A stretch of 64,000 nt of DNA from Octopus sinensis (taxonomy: Eukaryota). Location of the stretch: the NCBI RefSeq assembly GCF_006345805.1, contig NC_043005.1, forward strand, positions 93,930,001 to 93,994,000. Direction: 5' to 3'. The notes below the pieces were generated by a model. It did no database searches. It worked only from the letters and a program-made list of their open reading frames with translations, and was not told where the DNA came from. Position 1 is the first letter of the stretch; each line of letters starts with the position of its first letter. Position numbers and translations under genes: made by a program. Positions 25,388 through 39,959 of this stretch are shown piece by piece.

Positions 25388-26178
25388 AGTGGATAAGGAA
25401 GAAAGAAGATATCCTCAAATCAGAGATCTGACACAAATTCTTGCAACAGAAAGGCCTCTGCTAAAGATACCCAATGTGCCATGCGGTAGTGTTAAAGCAA
25501 CTGACACATTAGTCCTCTACCCAAATAAGTCCATTCATTGAAAAGCCTGGTTCTATGAAGTTGTTGAAGGTGAACATCTTAAAGCTAGGCTCAGGTTTAC
25601 ATGGGTAACACTCAGTGAAAATCTCAAGTGTCCTCAACAATCCTCAAGTTTAGTTAGCCAAGAAGTTCATTGCACTAATGGAAACCAGCTAAATCCAGTA
25701 GAAAACCAGTAATTAAGCACTCTGAATTGATTGCAGGAAGCTTAGTTATGAAGGTGTTTCTAGAAGGAAAATTGTTGAGAAACTGGAAGGCAGGATGTGT
25801 GGGTTATAAAGTGATAAGCTTAGAGAAATGAACTTCAGATGATGTTCGAAGGGAAAGAAGGGGAGGGGAAAGAGATAGGGCATAATTGGAGAGAAAATGT
25901 TAGCAGGAATGAGAGGGAAATGGAAACAATAGGGGAAAAACAGAAAATGATGGGAGGGGAGGGGGCGTTTATAGTGAGATGGTGGTGGGGTAGAGTGTGA
26001 GAGGATGAATAAAAGAGAAAAATATCTGAAAAGGTTCACAGAAATTTAGTGTTTCACAAATTGTCATATGTATAATTAACTCCTCTCATTAATAAATGGT
26101 TGAATTAAATAATTCTCTTCCTCACCATTTTATTATATTCCTGTATTTCCAATAAATGATGTTGTCACTGCTGTTGTA

Positions 26179-26217
<39 letters not shown>

Positions 26218-26658
26218 TTTCTCTAAGCTTATCACTTTATAACCCACACATCCTGCCTTCCAGTTTCTCAACAATTTTCCTTCTAGAAACACCTTCATAA
26301 CTAAGCTTCCTGCAATCAATTCAGAGTGCTTAATTACTGGTTTTCTACTGGATTTAGCTGGTTTCCATTAGTGCAATGAACTTCTTGGCTAACTAAACTT
26401 GAGGATTGTTGAGGACACTTGAGATTTTCACTGAGTGTTACCCATGTAAACCTGAGCCTAGCTTTAAGATGTTCACCTTCAACAACTTCATAGAACCAGG
26501 CTTTTCAATGAATGGACTTATTTGGGTAGAGGACTAATGTGTCAGTTGCTTTAACACTACCGCATGGCACATTGGGTATCTTTAGCAGAGGCCTTTCTGT
26601 TGCAAGAATTTGTGTCAGATCTCTGATTTGAGGATATCTTCTTTCTTCCTTATCCACT
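25388..26658. repeat. 445-bp apparently perfect inverted duplication with a 381-bp spacer
   Basis: 25388-25832 is the reverse complement of 26214-26658. The right arm begins at the end of a (TA)n tract. Confidence 0.9.
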
Positions 26659-26811
26659 ACTCTCAGATGTCTTGTAAATGGTCATGAGCATTGCTATCTC
26701 CTTAGTATAATAACAAAAAAAGGGAATAATAGAGATACCAACATGCATATACATACAAACACAGATATGTCCACCATATGGAAAAAAAACAACAACATTG
26801 CATACATCCAG

Positions 26812-27235
26812 AGGCATGGCTGTATGGATAAGAAGTTTGCTTCTAAACCACGTGGTTTTGGGTTCAGTCCCATTGTATGACACCTTGGGTAAGTGTCTAC
26901 TATAGCCCTAGGCTAACCAAAGCCTTGAGCATGGATTTGATATATGAAAACTGAAAGAAGCTCATCGTGTGTGTGTGTGTTACTGTCTCCTTGTCTTGAT
27001 ATAATGTGACTGTCATAAATAAGTGTCACTGCCATACAAGCAGAGTACTTCATCACCAATATTCTATAAAAAAAAAACTGGTGGTGGAGAAATATTATCT
27101 TACTTGAAAACAGGTGAGGATTGATGAAAGAAAAGGAATCTGGCAAAAAACAAAAAAAAAAATCTACCCCAACAAGATCTGACTAAACTATGTGAACAGA
27201 AGAAAAGTAGAAGTTTAAACAATGATGATCACTAC
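26812..27235 (+). mobile_element. SINE family B with an alternative body
   Basis: ggcatggctgtatggataagaagtttgcttc...gggttcagtccc...aagccttgagcatggatttg. Confidence 0.6.
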
Positions 27236-28486
27236 ACACACATACACACACACTCAATTATTATTACATATGCTAAAGGGTAGGAGAATTCAAGTTGTAT
27301 CTTGAAAGAAGCCTTGATAGCTTTTCCTTTTGAAGGATTGTCCTGAAGCCAAAAGCGATTTGCAATAAAATGGCAAACCACTAATTTGCAACCTTTTATT
27401 TAAAAAATAAAAAATAATACTAACATAGAAATAGTTTAAAACTTGCCCATAACCCTTTTATCGTTCCACTTAAACCTGCTCCTGATTCTATAATACAAAC
27501 TTATTGTTTCAAAATGATCTCAACCTTTAATCAAAATTTTTAATGTTCCAAACACCAGCTTAATGAAGACAAAGTAATTTTATTAAATTCTTATTTTAAA
27601 AATTAATCGAAAGGCAATTTATTTCAAAAGAAATATTGTAAAAGGGTTTTTTTTTTTATTACCTCTGCATGCCACACCGATCGTTCTTCTGCTGTCAGAA
27701 ATATTTCTACGAAACAGAGCTCCTCTCATGTTTTAGAATGTAATGTCTCTTGTCATTAGATATAATTAATCCTGGCTAGCACTCCTTGTTGCTCTGCTCT
27801 ATCTACTGCATATCTGGATTCCATCTGATTCAGGTTTCAACTATCAAACAATCACTCTCCACAACCAATACTTCATCATTTCAACTCCCAGTGCCCCCCC
27901 CCGCCCCCATATTTACACCACTCTGACACACCCATTAAGATTTCTCAATGTCATCTCATTATTTGTTGCTATCATTCACGGATGCACGCCACCTAAACAT
28001 GTTACTATCTTCTCCAACAATTTTTTACCCTGATTCCCACATATCCTAGTGGTAGCTTTTATTCAGGGACCAAACAATATTACAAAAGCAAAATGTTCCC
28101 CCATCATGTTGGTATCTCAAACAATGATGTCGCCAATGATGATAAGTGGTGATAATGACCACCACCACCACCATGGTCAACAACAAACCTTTTTAAGGCC
28201 ATTTTCCCTGTAAACCTCCTGTTACCATATTTTTGTTGAAATACTCTGCCTTTGTTTCAATTAATTTTGAAAATCATGAAAAATTTAGTTATTCTTAAGC
28301 TGCTGTTTGAAGCTTAAATTAATATAAATTAAGATGAAAATTTGATGGAAGATTTAAATTCATATCACTTTAAAACAGGAAGTGTTATATCCTAAAACTG
28401 GAGGTAATCTCAGGTAGGTTGGCATCAAAACGATTGACGTGAGAGTTAACTTTGTGAGGCCCATGGCAGTCATCATAGTTCCTATT

Positions 28487-28678
28487 TTAACCCTTTTAGC
28501 ATTCAGATTACTCTCGCAAATGTAATCTTTATTTATTCATGAGATTTTCACAATGTGACTGCTTATCTTTAGAATGACATTGTACGATAGATGTGAGAGG
28601 CCAGATCTGGCCAGTTTCAACATAAAACTGGTAAAATATTTAAGCTGGATATGGCCACTTAGGACACTAAAGGGTTAA
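28487..28678. mobile_element. piggyBac-like MITE
   Basis: TTAA|CCCTTTTAG...CTAAAGGG|TTAA; 184-bp non-coding interior. Confidence 0.6.
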
Positions 28679-30479
28679 GGCAGTATTTTATGACCAGATG
28701 CACTTCCTGTTGCTAACCTTTTTATAAAATGCAAAAGATACAATATACCTGTTGAAAACTTTAAAATCTTTACAACCAGAAGAATATGTGCCTACAGGAC
28801 AGCTACTTCTTTCCAGTTTCTCTGTTAAGCAAATAAATTTCTCTTGTCTTAAGGCATATGAAATGCTGGCACCTGTTCCTCAGTTACTTTCACAGTCATC
28901 ATCATCATCATAATGTCCTCTTTTCTATAGCTGGATGGGTCAGATGAGTGTTGTTGAAGCAGATCTTTCCATGGTTGAATGCTTTTCCCGTCACCAACTC
29001 TCACATGTTTTTAAGTTAGGTAATATTTCCCCTTGTCCTTCAAATAGCAAACAGCCCCAAGGTTGGACATGCATTAAAGGATGGATTGTCTTTTTGGCCC
29101 CACAAGGCATAAGCTGAGTAGATGTGGGTGGGCGGTTAGCAAAATCGCATGGGAAAGTGTGAATGAAGGGTGGTGAGGCAGAGTGCAAAATGTAGTTTTA
29201 TACTTAATATTGTGTGCTGGGCAGGATTTTAAACTTCATCCAGTGGTGGGGCTCCAGCTTGGGGAGAATAAAATTATCTCCTAGTTACTTCTATTCACAG
29301 ATCTGCCCTGGTTCAGGGTAGCCCTATCTGTCAAATAACAGATAGTCTTGTGGTAGATGTATACTATGCTCAGAGGAAGGGTTGACTCTTAAACATGGGT
29401 CACATAATCTCAGCAGTGTGTGGACATGTCCTGACTTCACATGAACCAGTTCTCATGTATAAGGATTAAAAAGACCTTGTGCCTTAAGGATAAGTTTGGG
29501 GAAACAGGATATAAGCAAACTGTTGCTTCATTTCCCAAGAAAAATCATGAATCTTCAGACTTTGGCAATCATAGAACTTCAAAGTCATATACTTTACCTG
29601 TCTAAGTAATTTTACTGAGGAGCTAGTTAAATCGTGAATATACATATTAAATTAAGGTTTTGGCCAACCAATGTCAGCATGGAAAGTGGACATCCAATGA
29701 TAAGGTTGTTATTTTAAAGGGAGTCTAAAATAACAAGGGAACATTTACTGATGAGGAGGGGATTCAATACTGAAAGAACAAATAAGCCATCAAGGTAAAC
29801 CTTAATGCTACAGTCAATACAAATATTAATAGCATGTCAGAAGGGATTCACCCATTACAAAAGAAAAAAACCCCCAGAAATATAGAGTATTCCATGTTGA
29901 AATAGTTCAATTTTACTTCTTAGAGTTGTGGAAAGTCAATATTTTTAGTTCTCTGTTTTACAACTTACATTTTCATATAACATACAACAAAATAACAAGA
30001 AAGGATTCCCAAAATTAAGGAGGAGCAATCACATGCAGTGATTCAGGCACCATTCACACAATCCCAGACTACTCTGATACACAAAGGTCTTCCAGTTCTT
30101 GTTACCAAGCCTTATTTATCCATGACATCTTTACCTTTACCAACATCTTCAAAATGGAAAAGCTCTAACTGGAAACCTTTCAACTGTGTCCACTACACAA
30201 CTTCCTTTAACATAAAAAAAAAATCAGACAGACTACCTGTTCTTCCTTGCCAAAGGAGAGCACAGTGTTGGTCTTCGTGAGAGATTCAGCTGATGGTCAA
30301 ATCTCTCCATATAAAAGCTGTTCAACATAAACTCACAAATCACCAATGAACAGACACTTAAAAAGTGTGCCAGACAGTTTCATCACCCTATTCGGCATCT
30401 AATATGGAGTCACTTACCAGTGGCACCAACATGTCCGTGCCACAGAGTTTATTTCAAAATGACCAAAACTCACCCCAAA

Positions 30480-31170
30480 GTACTGCTATGACTTTTGGAT
30501 ATTGTCCATAATCCCTGACCTGAAAGTCTTCTAAACAAGAGTACACAGACTGTCCTTGTCAAGATCTAGAATTAATTCTAGGCCATTGTTATTTATATCA
30601 TCCACTAATCTTTTGTAGAATGCAAGGGTTGACCTTCCATTGACCAGACGGCCCAAGTAGAGTGCTGGGAGTGCTTGGCAACATTCTAGATGCCAAATGA
30701 CATAAGTCATCTAACTTGATCCAAAATTGCAGCTTTTTAGTTGAAGAGTCATCAAGAAATCTCTGGAACCGTATCAAACTCACCATATGTTTTGTGCATC
30801 ATCAGCTACAGTCTCCTGAAACTCCCTTGCAGTGGATGTTGGCAGCAGAGAGACCTGACCAGTAGAACTTGTCCCTTTTACAAGAAGCAAAGTTGCACAT
30901 ACTCCCATTCAGTCAGATGATTTCTTGAACATGGCACAATGGTCAGGAAGTAGTAGTAGACCCCTGAAGTGATATTGAGGTTAGCTACTTCCACTTGCCA
31001 AGGACATCTTCCTCAAAGTCCATTTCTGAGTAAGACTGGTCACCATGTTTATGACTGCTTCCTAGTTTTTTGCATGAAGTGGAAGTTTCTAGAGATCAGT
31101 TTAGTGCATCTCTAACCAAACAACTGACATTTGCCTTGAAGGACTGCAGGAATAATGGTCTTCTAAGGGT
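30480..31170 (-). mobile_element. Very decayed LINE 3' fragment (RTE-like)
   Basis: Minus frame LGRLVNGRSTLAFYKRLVDDIN resembles LINE RT C-terminal tails; many stops. Confidence 0.3.
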
Positions 31171-34100
31171 TAACAAGTATAAATAAAGCAAAAATTAGTA
31201 GGTTATAACCTGGGCATAAATTAGGTTTAAAATGATAAAAGAATGAAACAGATGTCTAATTTATATTAACATATTGTTCATACAAATATCATTAACATAT
31301 TGTTTTGTTTATTAAAAAGGTCAGTTTTCATGATCAAGCAACAAAGTCAAGTAATGCTTTATATCAGCAGGTTAAAAGTAATTTGTCATTTTGGAATTAT
31401 AGCTGCATGAAGAGTGGAACTTGGCTTAAGAAACTTAATAGTTATGGAGTTGCTTTCAAAACACAATACAGGTAGTTACTCTAGAACCCAAAAGAGCTCA
31501 TAATAATTAGTGCTCAGCCTATTTTGTAGACTTAAAGTGAATGAGGAATAAACCTTACAGTACATAGGATGGCTGTCAGGCTGTTTGAGGTAACATTCTC
31601 AGAAGAGATAATATCAATTTCTGGCAACAAGATGAACTGAGGCACAACTTATTATGTTGTCTGTATAAATATGTAAGGGCCTCTGTTGGTCAATGTTGAC
31701 TGTGTACCTGTAGATACATGTGCAGGAATGGACAAGATTTCTTTTAGGAAGACTGGCAGTTATACTGCATGCAAGTCTTTCCTCTCCACAAAGCCGTTTT
31801 TTATTCAAGGGAAAGGCTGCCAACTTGGGTTGCTACATGTTGGCAATAGATGTGTAAAAATTAACACTTCCTTTCTCCAACCTTAGATTTGAAACCGAAT
31901 CTAAAGATTCTCACTTGTTTGAGCCACCACTGACCAAACAGGCGCAAAAGAAATTCGTCCTGTCATAAAAAATTGATCGATTGTCTCCCTTCCACCTCCG
32001 ACCTCACCCATGTCAGGTGAAGGTCAAATGGAGATTTAGGCACAATCTCTCCTGTGGTATGTCTGTCCTTCTAGCTGCCATGGCTGGTTATAAATACAGT
32101 AATCAGCAAAGGGGACAGACAGAAAGGATCTGGGATGCAGAGACACACATAGCCGACCAGTATTTTCTCAGATGAACAACACATACTGACACAAAACATA
32201 TTCATTTCTACATCATATCCACAGATGTATCCTGTTGTTTTCCTTCTCCAGCTCAAAGCAGTTGGCAACAAATTGATGTAGACAAAAATTGTGTATACCA
32301 ACAGAAAACGCAAGTCCCATAAAGATATTATTTAAACTATAAATCGATGTCATTCCATTTTGGAAGGCATCCACATGCCTATCGCATCTGTTCACCTCAA
32401 CACCTGATACACACCTTTTCCACCACAGATATATTACAAGCATTGCTGTCAGAATGCAGAGAGCTGATACAGATATCACAAGTCATCTTGCCCAACTTTC
32501 TAATAGTTCTACCAATCCACTTGGTTGGTAGTCTTTTTATAATCAACCCCCAAAAGAATGAAAGGAAAAACTGACCTTGGCAAGATCTGAACTTAGAACA
32601 AATATCATGAGACTATTCTATTGAATGCTCTAATCACTGCCAAGTTGTCACATTCCAAATAAATAAATTTTATTTTGGTGGATTTAAATACAAATTATAT
32701 AAGCAGGTAAGTCACTGATCCAATCATTTTGCTTCTTTACAAAAGATAGTTGTGGGACAGCTGCTTGAAAAGGCCAAAAGCTCAAACCAGAAGACATAGT
32801 TCACTGATAACTTCAAGCAACTTAGTTGAAACATTATACAAAGGAAGCGGTTAGGGTTAATATTTGAAGTTAACATTATACAAGAGTTAGTTGGTGTTAG
32901 AAAGGACATCATATGTGAAGTTTGTAAAAATGACTAAATTACAGAACCACTTTGATCCTGCTCATATACAATGGCATGAGGTGCTGTGAAGAACAGATGA
33001 CTCATAGAACTGACAGAGTCAACTTTTAGATTTGAGTAAATTTATACTACATGTATTGAATATGTTTTTCTCTAGTCTGGAAATCCAAATGTATACACAT
33101 GAGACTTCCCCTGGTTGGCCTTGAGCTATGGTAGAAGATAGCTGAGGTGTCACAGAGTGGGACTGAACCCCAAACCAGACAGACTGGTTACTGACAAATG
33201 AAAAAAAAAAGAGCTTTTAAAGAGGCCCGGATATCATCATCATCATAATCACTTAACATTTGATTTCCAAGCTGGCATGAGTTGGGTGGTTTGACAGGAG
33301 CTGGCCAGGTTCCATGTCTGTTTTGGTATGGTTTCTATGGCTAGATGCCCTTCCTAACAATAACCATTTTATAGATTGTGCTTTTACACAGCACCAGCAT
33401 TGATGCATTTACATGGTACTGGCACGAATGCTTTACATGTGGCACCAGTACCCACAAGCCCACAAGATTAGGAATGCAGGAGACATAATTGCATGCAAGA
33501 ACAACCAAGTTTTTACTAAGCAAACTGCCAGGAGACTCAGTCCCCTGTCATCCCCTCTGTGAGTCCCAACATCTGTAGATCCTTTCTCACCACTTTGTCC
33601 ATCTTTCTGGGTCTACCCCTTCCCACATGTTCCCTCTACAATTAGAGATCAGCATCTCTTGATGTGTCTTCATTCATACACATTACATGATTGTACCAGC
33701 ACAGTCTTCTCTCTTGCAAACTATGTTTAATTCATTTTCGTTTTTGCAATTCTTACATGCTCTCCATACAGTGTAGTTTGGATGATCTTGAAAATGTAGA
33801 GATATTTGTTTAAATAATCATCACAAGGGTTCCACATCTCCCCACCACCATTGTTAAGCTGTCATATATCTTCACAAATCAATAGATTTTCTCTGATAAT
33901 GACTTGTTTGTTTCATTAATCATTGATCTCACTATAATTAGAGAAAGAGAGTGAACAGCTGTTGTTTCTATAGGAAACGTTTGTGTACCAGATGGATTAA
34001 ACAATCCAATGGGGGAGTACCTTTTGAACTGCTAGAAATAACAGTCAAATTTCCTCCAAATCACATCATATTGTCTTAGAAAATAAGAAAAGCAAGGACA

Positions 34101-34565
34101 CATTGGATAATGTAATCTTAGATACACTCTTCTAATATAATAAATGCAAAAACTAGTTTCTGCATGTCTGTGTGTCATACTTAGACCACCTCCCTTCACT
34201 ATTCAATGACACTCTTACTATTCCTCATGATGGGGTGAGAGTAATAGTAGGCATAGAGACAGTGAGGGTGGTGGCGAAGAGAGAGAGAGAGGGGAAGAGA
34301 AAGAGAGACAAAGAAATTTAAGGGAGAGTTGATGATGTTTTATTCAAAGTAGTAGTGTTGATGGTGGCAGTGGGAGTAATAATAAGAGAGAGAGAAAGAG
34401 GAAGATGATGTACAACTTTGTTTAACCATATCTCCTTGATAGAAATTCCTGTTGCTAACATTCTGAACACTCATTTTTATTTTATTTTTTGCTTTCTTTA
34501 ATACATACACACACATATATAAAATAGACTTTAAATGAAATACAGTTTCCCCAAAATCAAACATA

Positions 34566-34877
34566 TCTAATATAATAAATGTGAATGTCAGTGTGTGTCA
34601 CTTTTTCACCTCATAGCCCAACATATGCCATTTTGGAATTAGGCTGACTCTGTGAGTAAATTAGAAACATTCCAGGCCGAATCTGCACCTGCAATCCTGA
34701 AATTTTGGATTCCTGTGTTTTCAGAACTGCAAATGTTTTTGGTAATTTTTTTACATGATTTTTGCAACAAATATGAACATCATTGAGATATGACTCTGGA
34801 GGAAGCAATGCAACAAATTTTCCAAAAGAAGTCAAAGATCTGTTTGCAGATCTTCCCATTCAAAAGCTATATACTAG
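34566..34877 (+). mobile_element. Small non-autonomous Helitron
   Basis: A|TCTAATATAATAAATG start; hairpin aagatctg-tttg-cagatctt (34835-34854); CTAG|T end at 34874-34878. Confidence 0.5.
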
Positions 34878-37859
34878 TTTAAAAGCCGCCTGATAAGAAA
34901 TAAGATGGTCATGACTGGAATGTTTTTGATCATAGGTCAGCTCTATTTGGGTTAACTTGGTGTTTAACAACAATAAATAAGACAAGTTATAGAGAGGCAA
35001 AAAACATTTACATATAAAAACTCATAGCCTTTAAGAAATATTCTAAAAGATATTGGTTCCTCAGATAAGGATACAACTCCTATTCAAATAAGCTTGCCAT
35101 TTCTCATTTTCCTACATTTCACCCACCACCACTCACCAAAACCCAATGCTACACATTTTCTACAGTCTTTACCCTTTCTGGCAATATGCACTCTTTGATA
35201 AGTCACCCCCTGTCCCTGTTTACTCTTCAACAGTTAACCTAGTTCCTACTAAACATCAACAGCACTGACTTCTCTAAATTATTCACAAAACATTCCAGTT
35301 TAAAACTTTTGTTACCATATTTCTGTTGAAATATACTCTCTTAGTTCCAACTAATTCTGAAAGTTAGTAAAATAACACAGTTGTTATTAAACTGGACTTT
35401 GAAACAAATTAACTTGGAATTTTCATAGATTTTAATTTAGATCACTTTAGACAGGAAAATTATATCACAGGGACAGTTGGCATTGAAAGAATAAAGGTAA
35501 CCAAAAATACAAGAATATCAGCATTCCTTACATATGAAGGCAACATCTATTTTATTACCATCATTTTAAGGCCTACATTTCAAAGCTTGCATAGGTCAGA
35601 TGGAATTCATTAAGGCAGATTTTCTATAGTTAAATGCCTTTCCTGTCAGCAATTGTCACCAATTTCCAAGAAAAGAATTATTTCCCCATAGCCAAACGTC
35701 TTTCACAGAAGATTGGAAACAAACACCACCACTTGTATGACAGTGACATTCATTTGCAACCACCAGTGATGTCAAGACAAGGCTGTGTGCTCACATAGAC
35801 AAAAGCCATCTTTTAAATACACTCACAAGGCTTTCGCCAGCCTTGGGCTGTAGCAGAAGGCATTTGCTCAAGGTGTTGCACAATGAAACTGAACCCAAAA
35901 CCACATGTCTGGGAAGCAAGCCTCTCAGCCACACAACCATGTGTGTGTGTACATGAGTGAGTACGTATTCCCTTTCTCTCAACCCATATGTGCTGGCTGT
36001 AAACAATGAGTCACCATTTATCTAAATGAGTCATTTACATTCCTTCACAGCCATGGCCAGACTGTTCAGTTTGTTATTCTAGGGGAAAATATTATTTATT
36101 CTTGGCAACAGATAAGGGCTGGTGACAAGAAGAGCATCCAGCCATAGAAACCTGTTTCAGCAAAGTTATTGTGTAACCCATATAAGCATGGGAAAAAAGT
36201 GGTTAAAACCGATGAGGATGATTTGTTATAAAGGCATAAAACCCCAAATTTACAGGAACATTGTTTGTAATATCTCTATACTTTCCAGAAGCAGACATTG
36301 GTGCTTGATGCAATTCTCACCAGCACCTGTCAAACCATCCAACCCATGCCAGCATGGAAAGCGGACATAAGTGAAACAAGCCTAGCTAGGAAATAAACAT
36401 GAGCCACAGATTTGGTTCCCTGACTATCACTACAGTCAGGTACCTTAATCTTTCCAACACACATAACACAAATACTAATTCACTTGTAACCAATAACCCA
36501 CTGGCCATCATCGAAGAGAGCAACAGATTTCATTATCAGGGGAGGAATGAATACCATTGAATAACCATGCAGAAAGAGTGATGAACGCAATAATGAGGGA
36601 GTATGGTGGACAAAGGAGGGCTTATGGGGGAGGGGGACGACAAGAACGATGGTAACTCATTGAGTTAGTGTTGATAATCTTTTATCTTCTTTTGCTTGTT
36701 TTACTAAATGAACTGCGGCACCAACTCGAAGGGGTTTAATTGAACAAATCAATCCCCACTACATTTATTTTTTTAAAATCTGGTACTTATTCTATCCATC
36801 TCTTTTGCTGAACTACTAAGTTAAACAGATATAAATAAACCAACACCATTGCTTCCTCCAGAGTCATATCTCAATGATGTTCATATTTGTTGCAAACATC
36901 ATGTAAAAAAATTACCAAAAACATTTGCATCTCATATAATAAATCTCAGTGTGGAGTAATAAAAGTAGTGATGGAAAGAGAACAACACACCCACACACAC
37001 ACAAGTAAAAGGGAAGAGATAAGACAGACAAAATATTTTACTTCTTGAAGCAGTTCCCAGAACAAGACTTCCATTATGTGCAGCAGTAAACGAAAGCAAT
37101 TCTTTATGTCCCTGGAAGAATCAAAACACTCCTTCAGCAAACAGTGACTTCACAGCAATGGAGAAAATAACATGACCTTTTTTTTTATCAATGGGTTTTA
37201 TTCATTTGATTAAATAGATCTGTTTAGAGAAAAACCTGGTCTTTAATCATGCCACAAACTTCTCACTCCTACATCTGGAGTGTATTCTTTAAAAAGAAAA
37301 ATTGGCATTCCTCTTACCACCACCACCACCACTACTATACTGTGTTAATAAATTCCATTCAGTGAAAATTTTGCTCAGGATGGGATCGCCTAGTGACTTA
37401 ATACAGCCCTGCTTAGACCTTTTTGATACCAATCTGTCTGAGAGCCCCTGGTACTATGATGCAAACTTCCTGTTTTCAAGTACACCAAATTAAAAAAAAA
37501 CCTTACATTGAAATGTCATGTTAATTAATGTTCCAAACACTAAGTTAATAATGACACAGCTATTTTACTAAATTCTTCATTATTTTCAAAATTAAATGGA
37601 ACGAAGATGGTGCTTTTTAACAAAAGTACTAAATAGCACAGTCGACTGTGCCAGGATTTGAACTTAGATAAATGTATTCACTGGATATGGCAAACTTCAC
37701 ACACTTCTTGAAATAACGTTACTGCGAAATATTATAACTGGGGTGAATAAATTTACAAAATTGTTATCAGATGTAGGTAATATATATCCTCTTTTCAATA
37801 CTAAACCAATTCATTAAAAAAAAACAAGTTTCTCACATCCCCCACCTCTCTCTAGCATG

Positions 37860-38330
37860 TGCTATATCATAAGACATCAACAATCATGGACCACCAAACT
37901 TTACTGTCCTCCACATTCACCTTAAACACATTATGAACCAGTCTTTCTGAAACCAGATTGTAAAGCCAATCTAGTATCTTCTTTCTCTCTCTTCCCTGAT
38001 TCCTTCTTCCTTTTAATTCCCCATTTGTCACCAAATGTTCTAGGTTTTTCTTCTCATGATATCTAATGAACTGAGCTTGTTGTCTCCTTACGTTGTCGAG
38101 TAACTTTCTGGTGATCTTTGCCCATCTAAGGGTGGCGATATTTATCACTATCTTCAGAAATCTTCTAAGGGACCATATCTCAGCAGCATTGATAAGCTGT
38201 TGAACTTCTCTGCATGTGTTCCAAGTTACATAACCCTATGCAAGGATGGCCACTCAGGACAGTGTGTTGTGTTCTTGTGTAAAATAAAATGCATTTTATG
38301 CTGTTCCAATCAACTCATCGGTAAATCAGT
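37860..38330 (-). mobile_element. Decayed RTE-clade LINE 3' fragment
   Basis: RRQQAQFIR...NLEHLVTNGELKGRRNQGRER is a typical RTE RT C-terminus. Confidence 0.6.
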
Positions 38331-39529
38331 CTGCAACAGACTGGTGCCCTATCATCAGAAGGCAACAAAAAAAAAAAGAAAAAGAAAAAAGAAAAAAGGG
38401 CCACTGCTGTCGCTTCCCTGAGAAAAATCATGAATCTTCAGTCATTGCAATATATAACAGTTCTTGAATTAACAATATTTTTATTAGATGGTGGTTTAGT
38501 GGTTATTACAATGAGTCATGGGAATTAGCAGGACTAGATGGGGACACACACGCACACACACCATTTCCTAGCATATGACACTCATTTAATGTTTGTCAAG
38601 TGTCACTGATAACAATGTATCCACCAGATTAAATTGAAATGAAACTACTGATGATAAAATTTGGTAACACTATAGAATACCATGCAATGGAGACCAACAC
38701 AGTGTGAACACGCAAAAAAACACACTTATTCCTCCATCATTTTCATGTCAAAATAAATATTTTCTGAGTACACAGTTTTAATTAGAATCCTCCTAAGTTC
38801 TACATACAGTGGGAACGTATTAAAGCCCTTTTCGGGGCTACTTTATTTGAATTCTTACTATTGGGTAATTAATTTTATGTTATTAATTAACTGACTTCAC
38901 AATTTGGGTATTCATAACTTATTGGGAATTCCTAGAAACAAGATCCTTTGTAAGACAGTTCGGTATTCTCTGTAAATGCACAAAAACTGTTTTAAGGGCT
39001 ACATACTTTGAATTGTTGTTACTGGATTAGTGAAACAATTATGAGAATGGAACCAAGGGATATGCACCGCTTTCCCGGGAATTACCGGCTACATCAGCTA
39101 GTATACAAATTACATACACACACATACATACATATTAGACAGAAAACAATGATTTCTGAATGAAACAAGATTTTAAAAAAATGTAGTTAGTAATTTATAA
39201 AGAAAAAATATGGGGCACACTAAACTAAACCCTTTTAAAGTTGGTGCACTTCATTGTTGGGCAGTACAGTCACATACATATACTAAGACAGACACACACA
39301 CACACACATACATACATACATTCATGCACACCTCTGGACAAATTCCACCTATACCTGGATACAACTCACTCAACAAGAACCCCCAACTCAAATGGGCTAT
39401 GATACTACAAAACTTGACTTAAAAAGGGTTTAGCAAATCTTATCAGATATTAAGTTAGACATGGTCAGGACCAATCTTTGGTTGAAATATATCTAAGTTT
39501 TTATCTAGATATGTGTGTGTGTGTGTATG

Positions 39530-39603
<74 letters not shown>

Positions 39604-39959
39604 CTAAAACAATACTCCCTTCCATGAAGAGGACAAAAAGAAAGGCAGCAAAGAGGGGAAAATGTCTACTCCCCAAAGATGATATTCAGATGTAGTGTGT
39701 AATCCAACAAACAGTAGGCTCCACCCAGATGTGAAAAGGGTAGCAGCTGAACAAAAATCCTTTTTGTGCATGGCACAAAAGATTGCCCAGCAGCTGACCT
39801 GGCTACAAACACAAACTTGAAACAACACACAAGGCTACCACTAACACCAACAAAGATGTCACAATAGTATTTCTTCTAAGTATCAGAGGGCTGTTGCACA
39901 TCAACTGTAAAACAAAAATCTAATTCCTGAGAGACCTTGCTGCATGCAATCAAGTTCTA

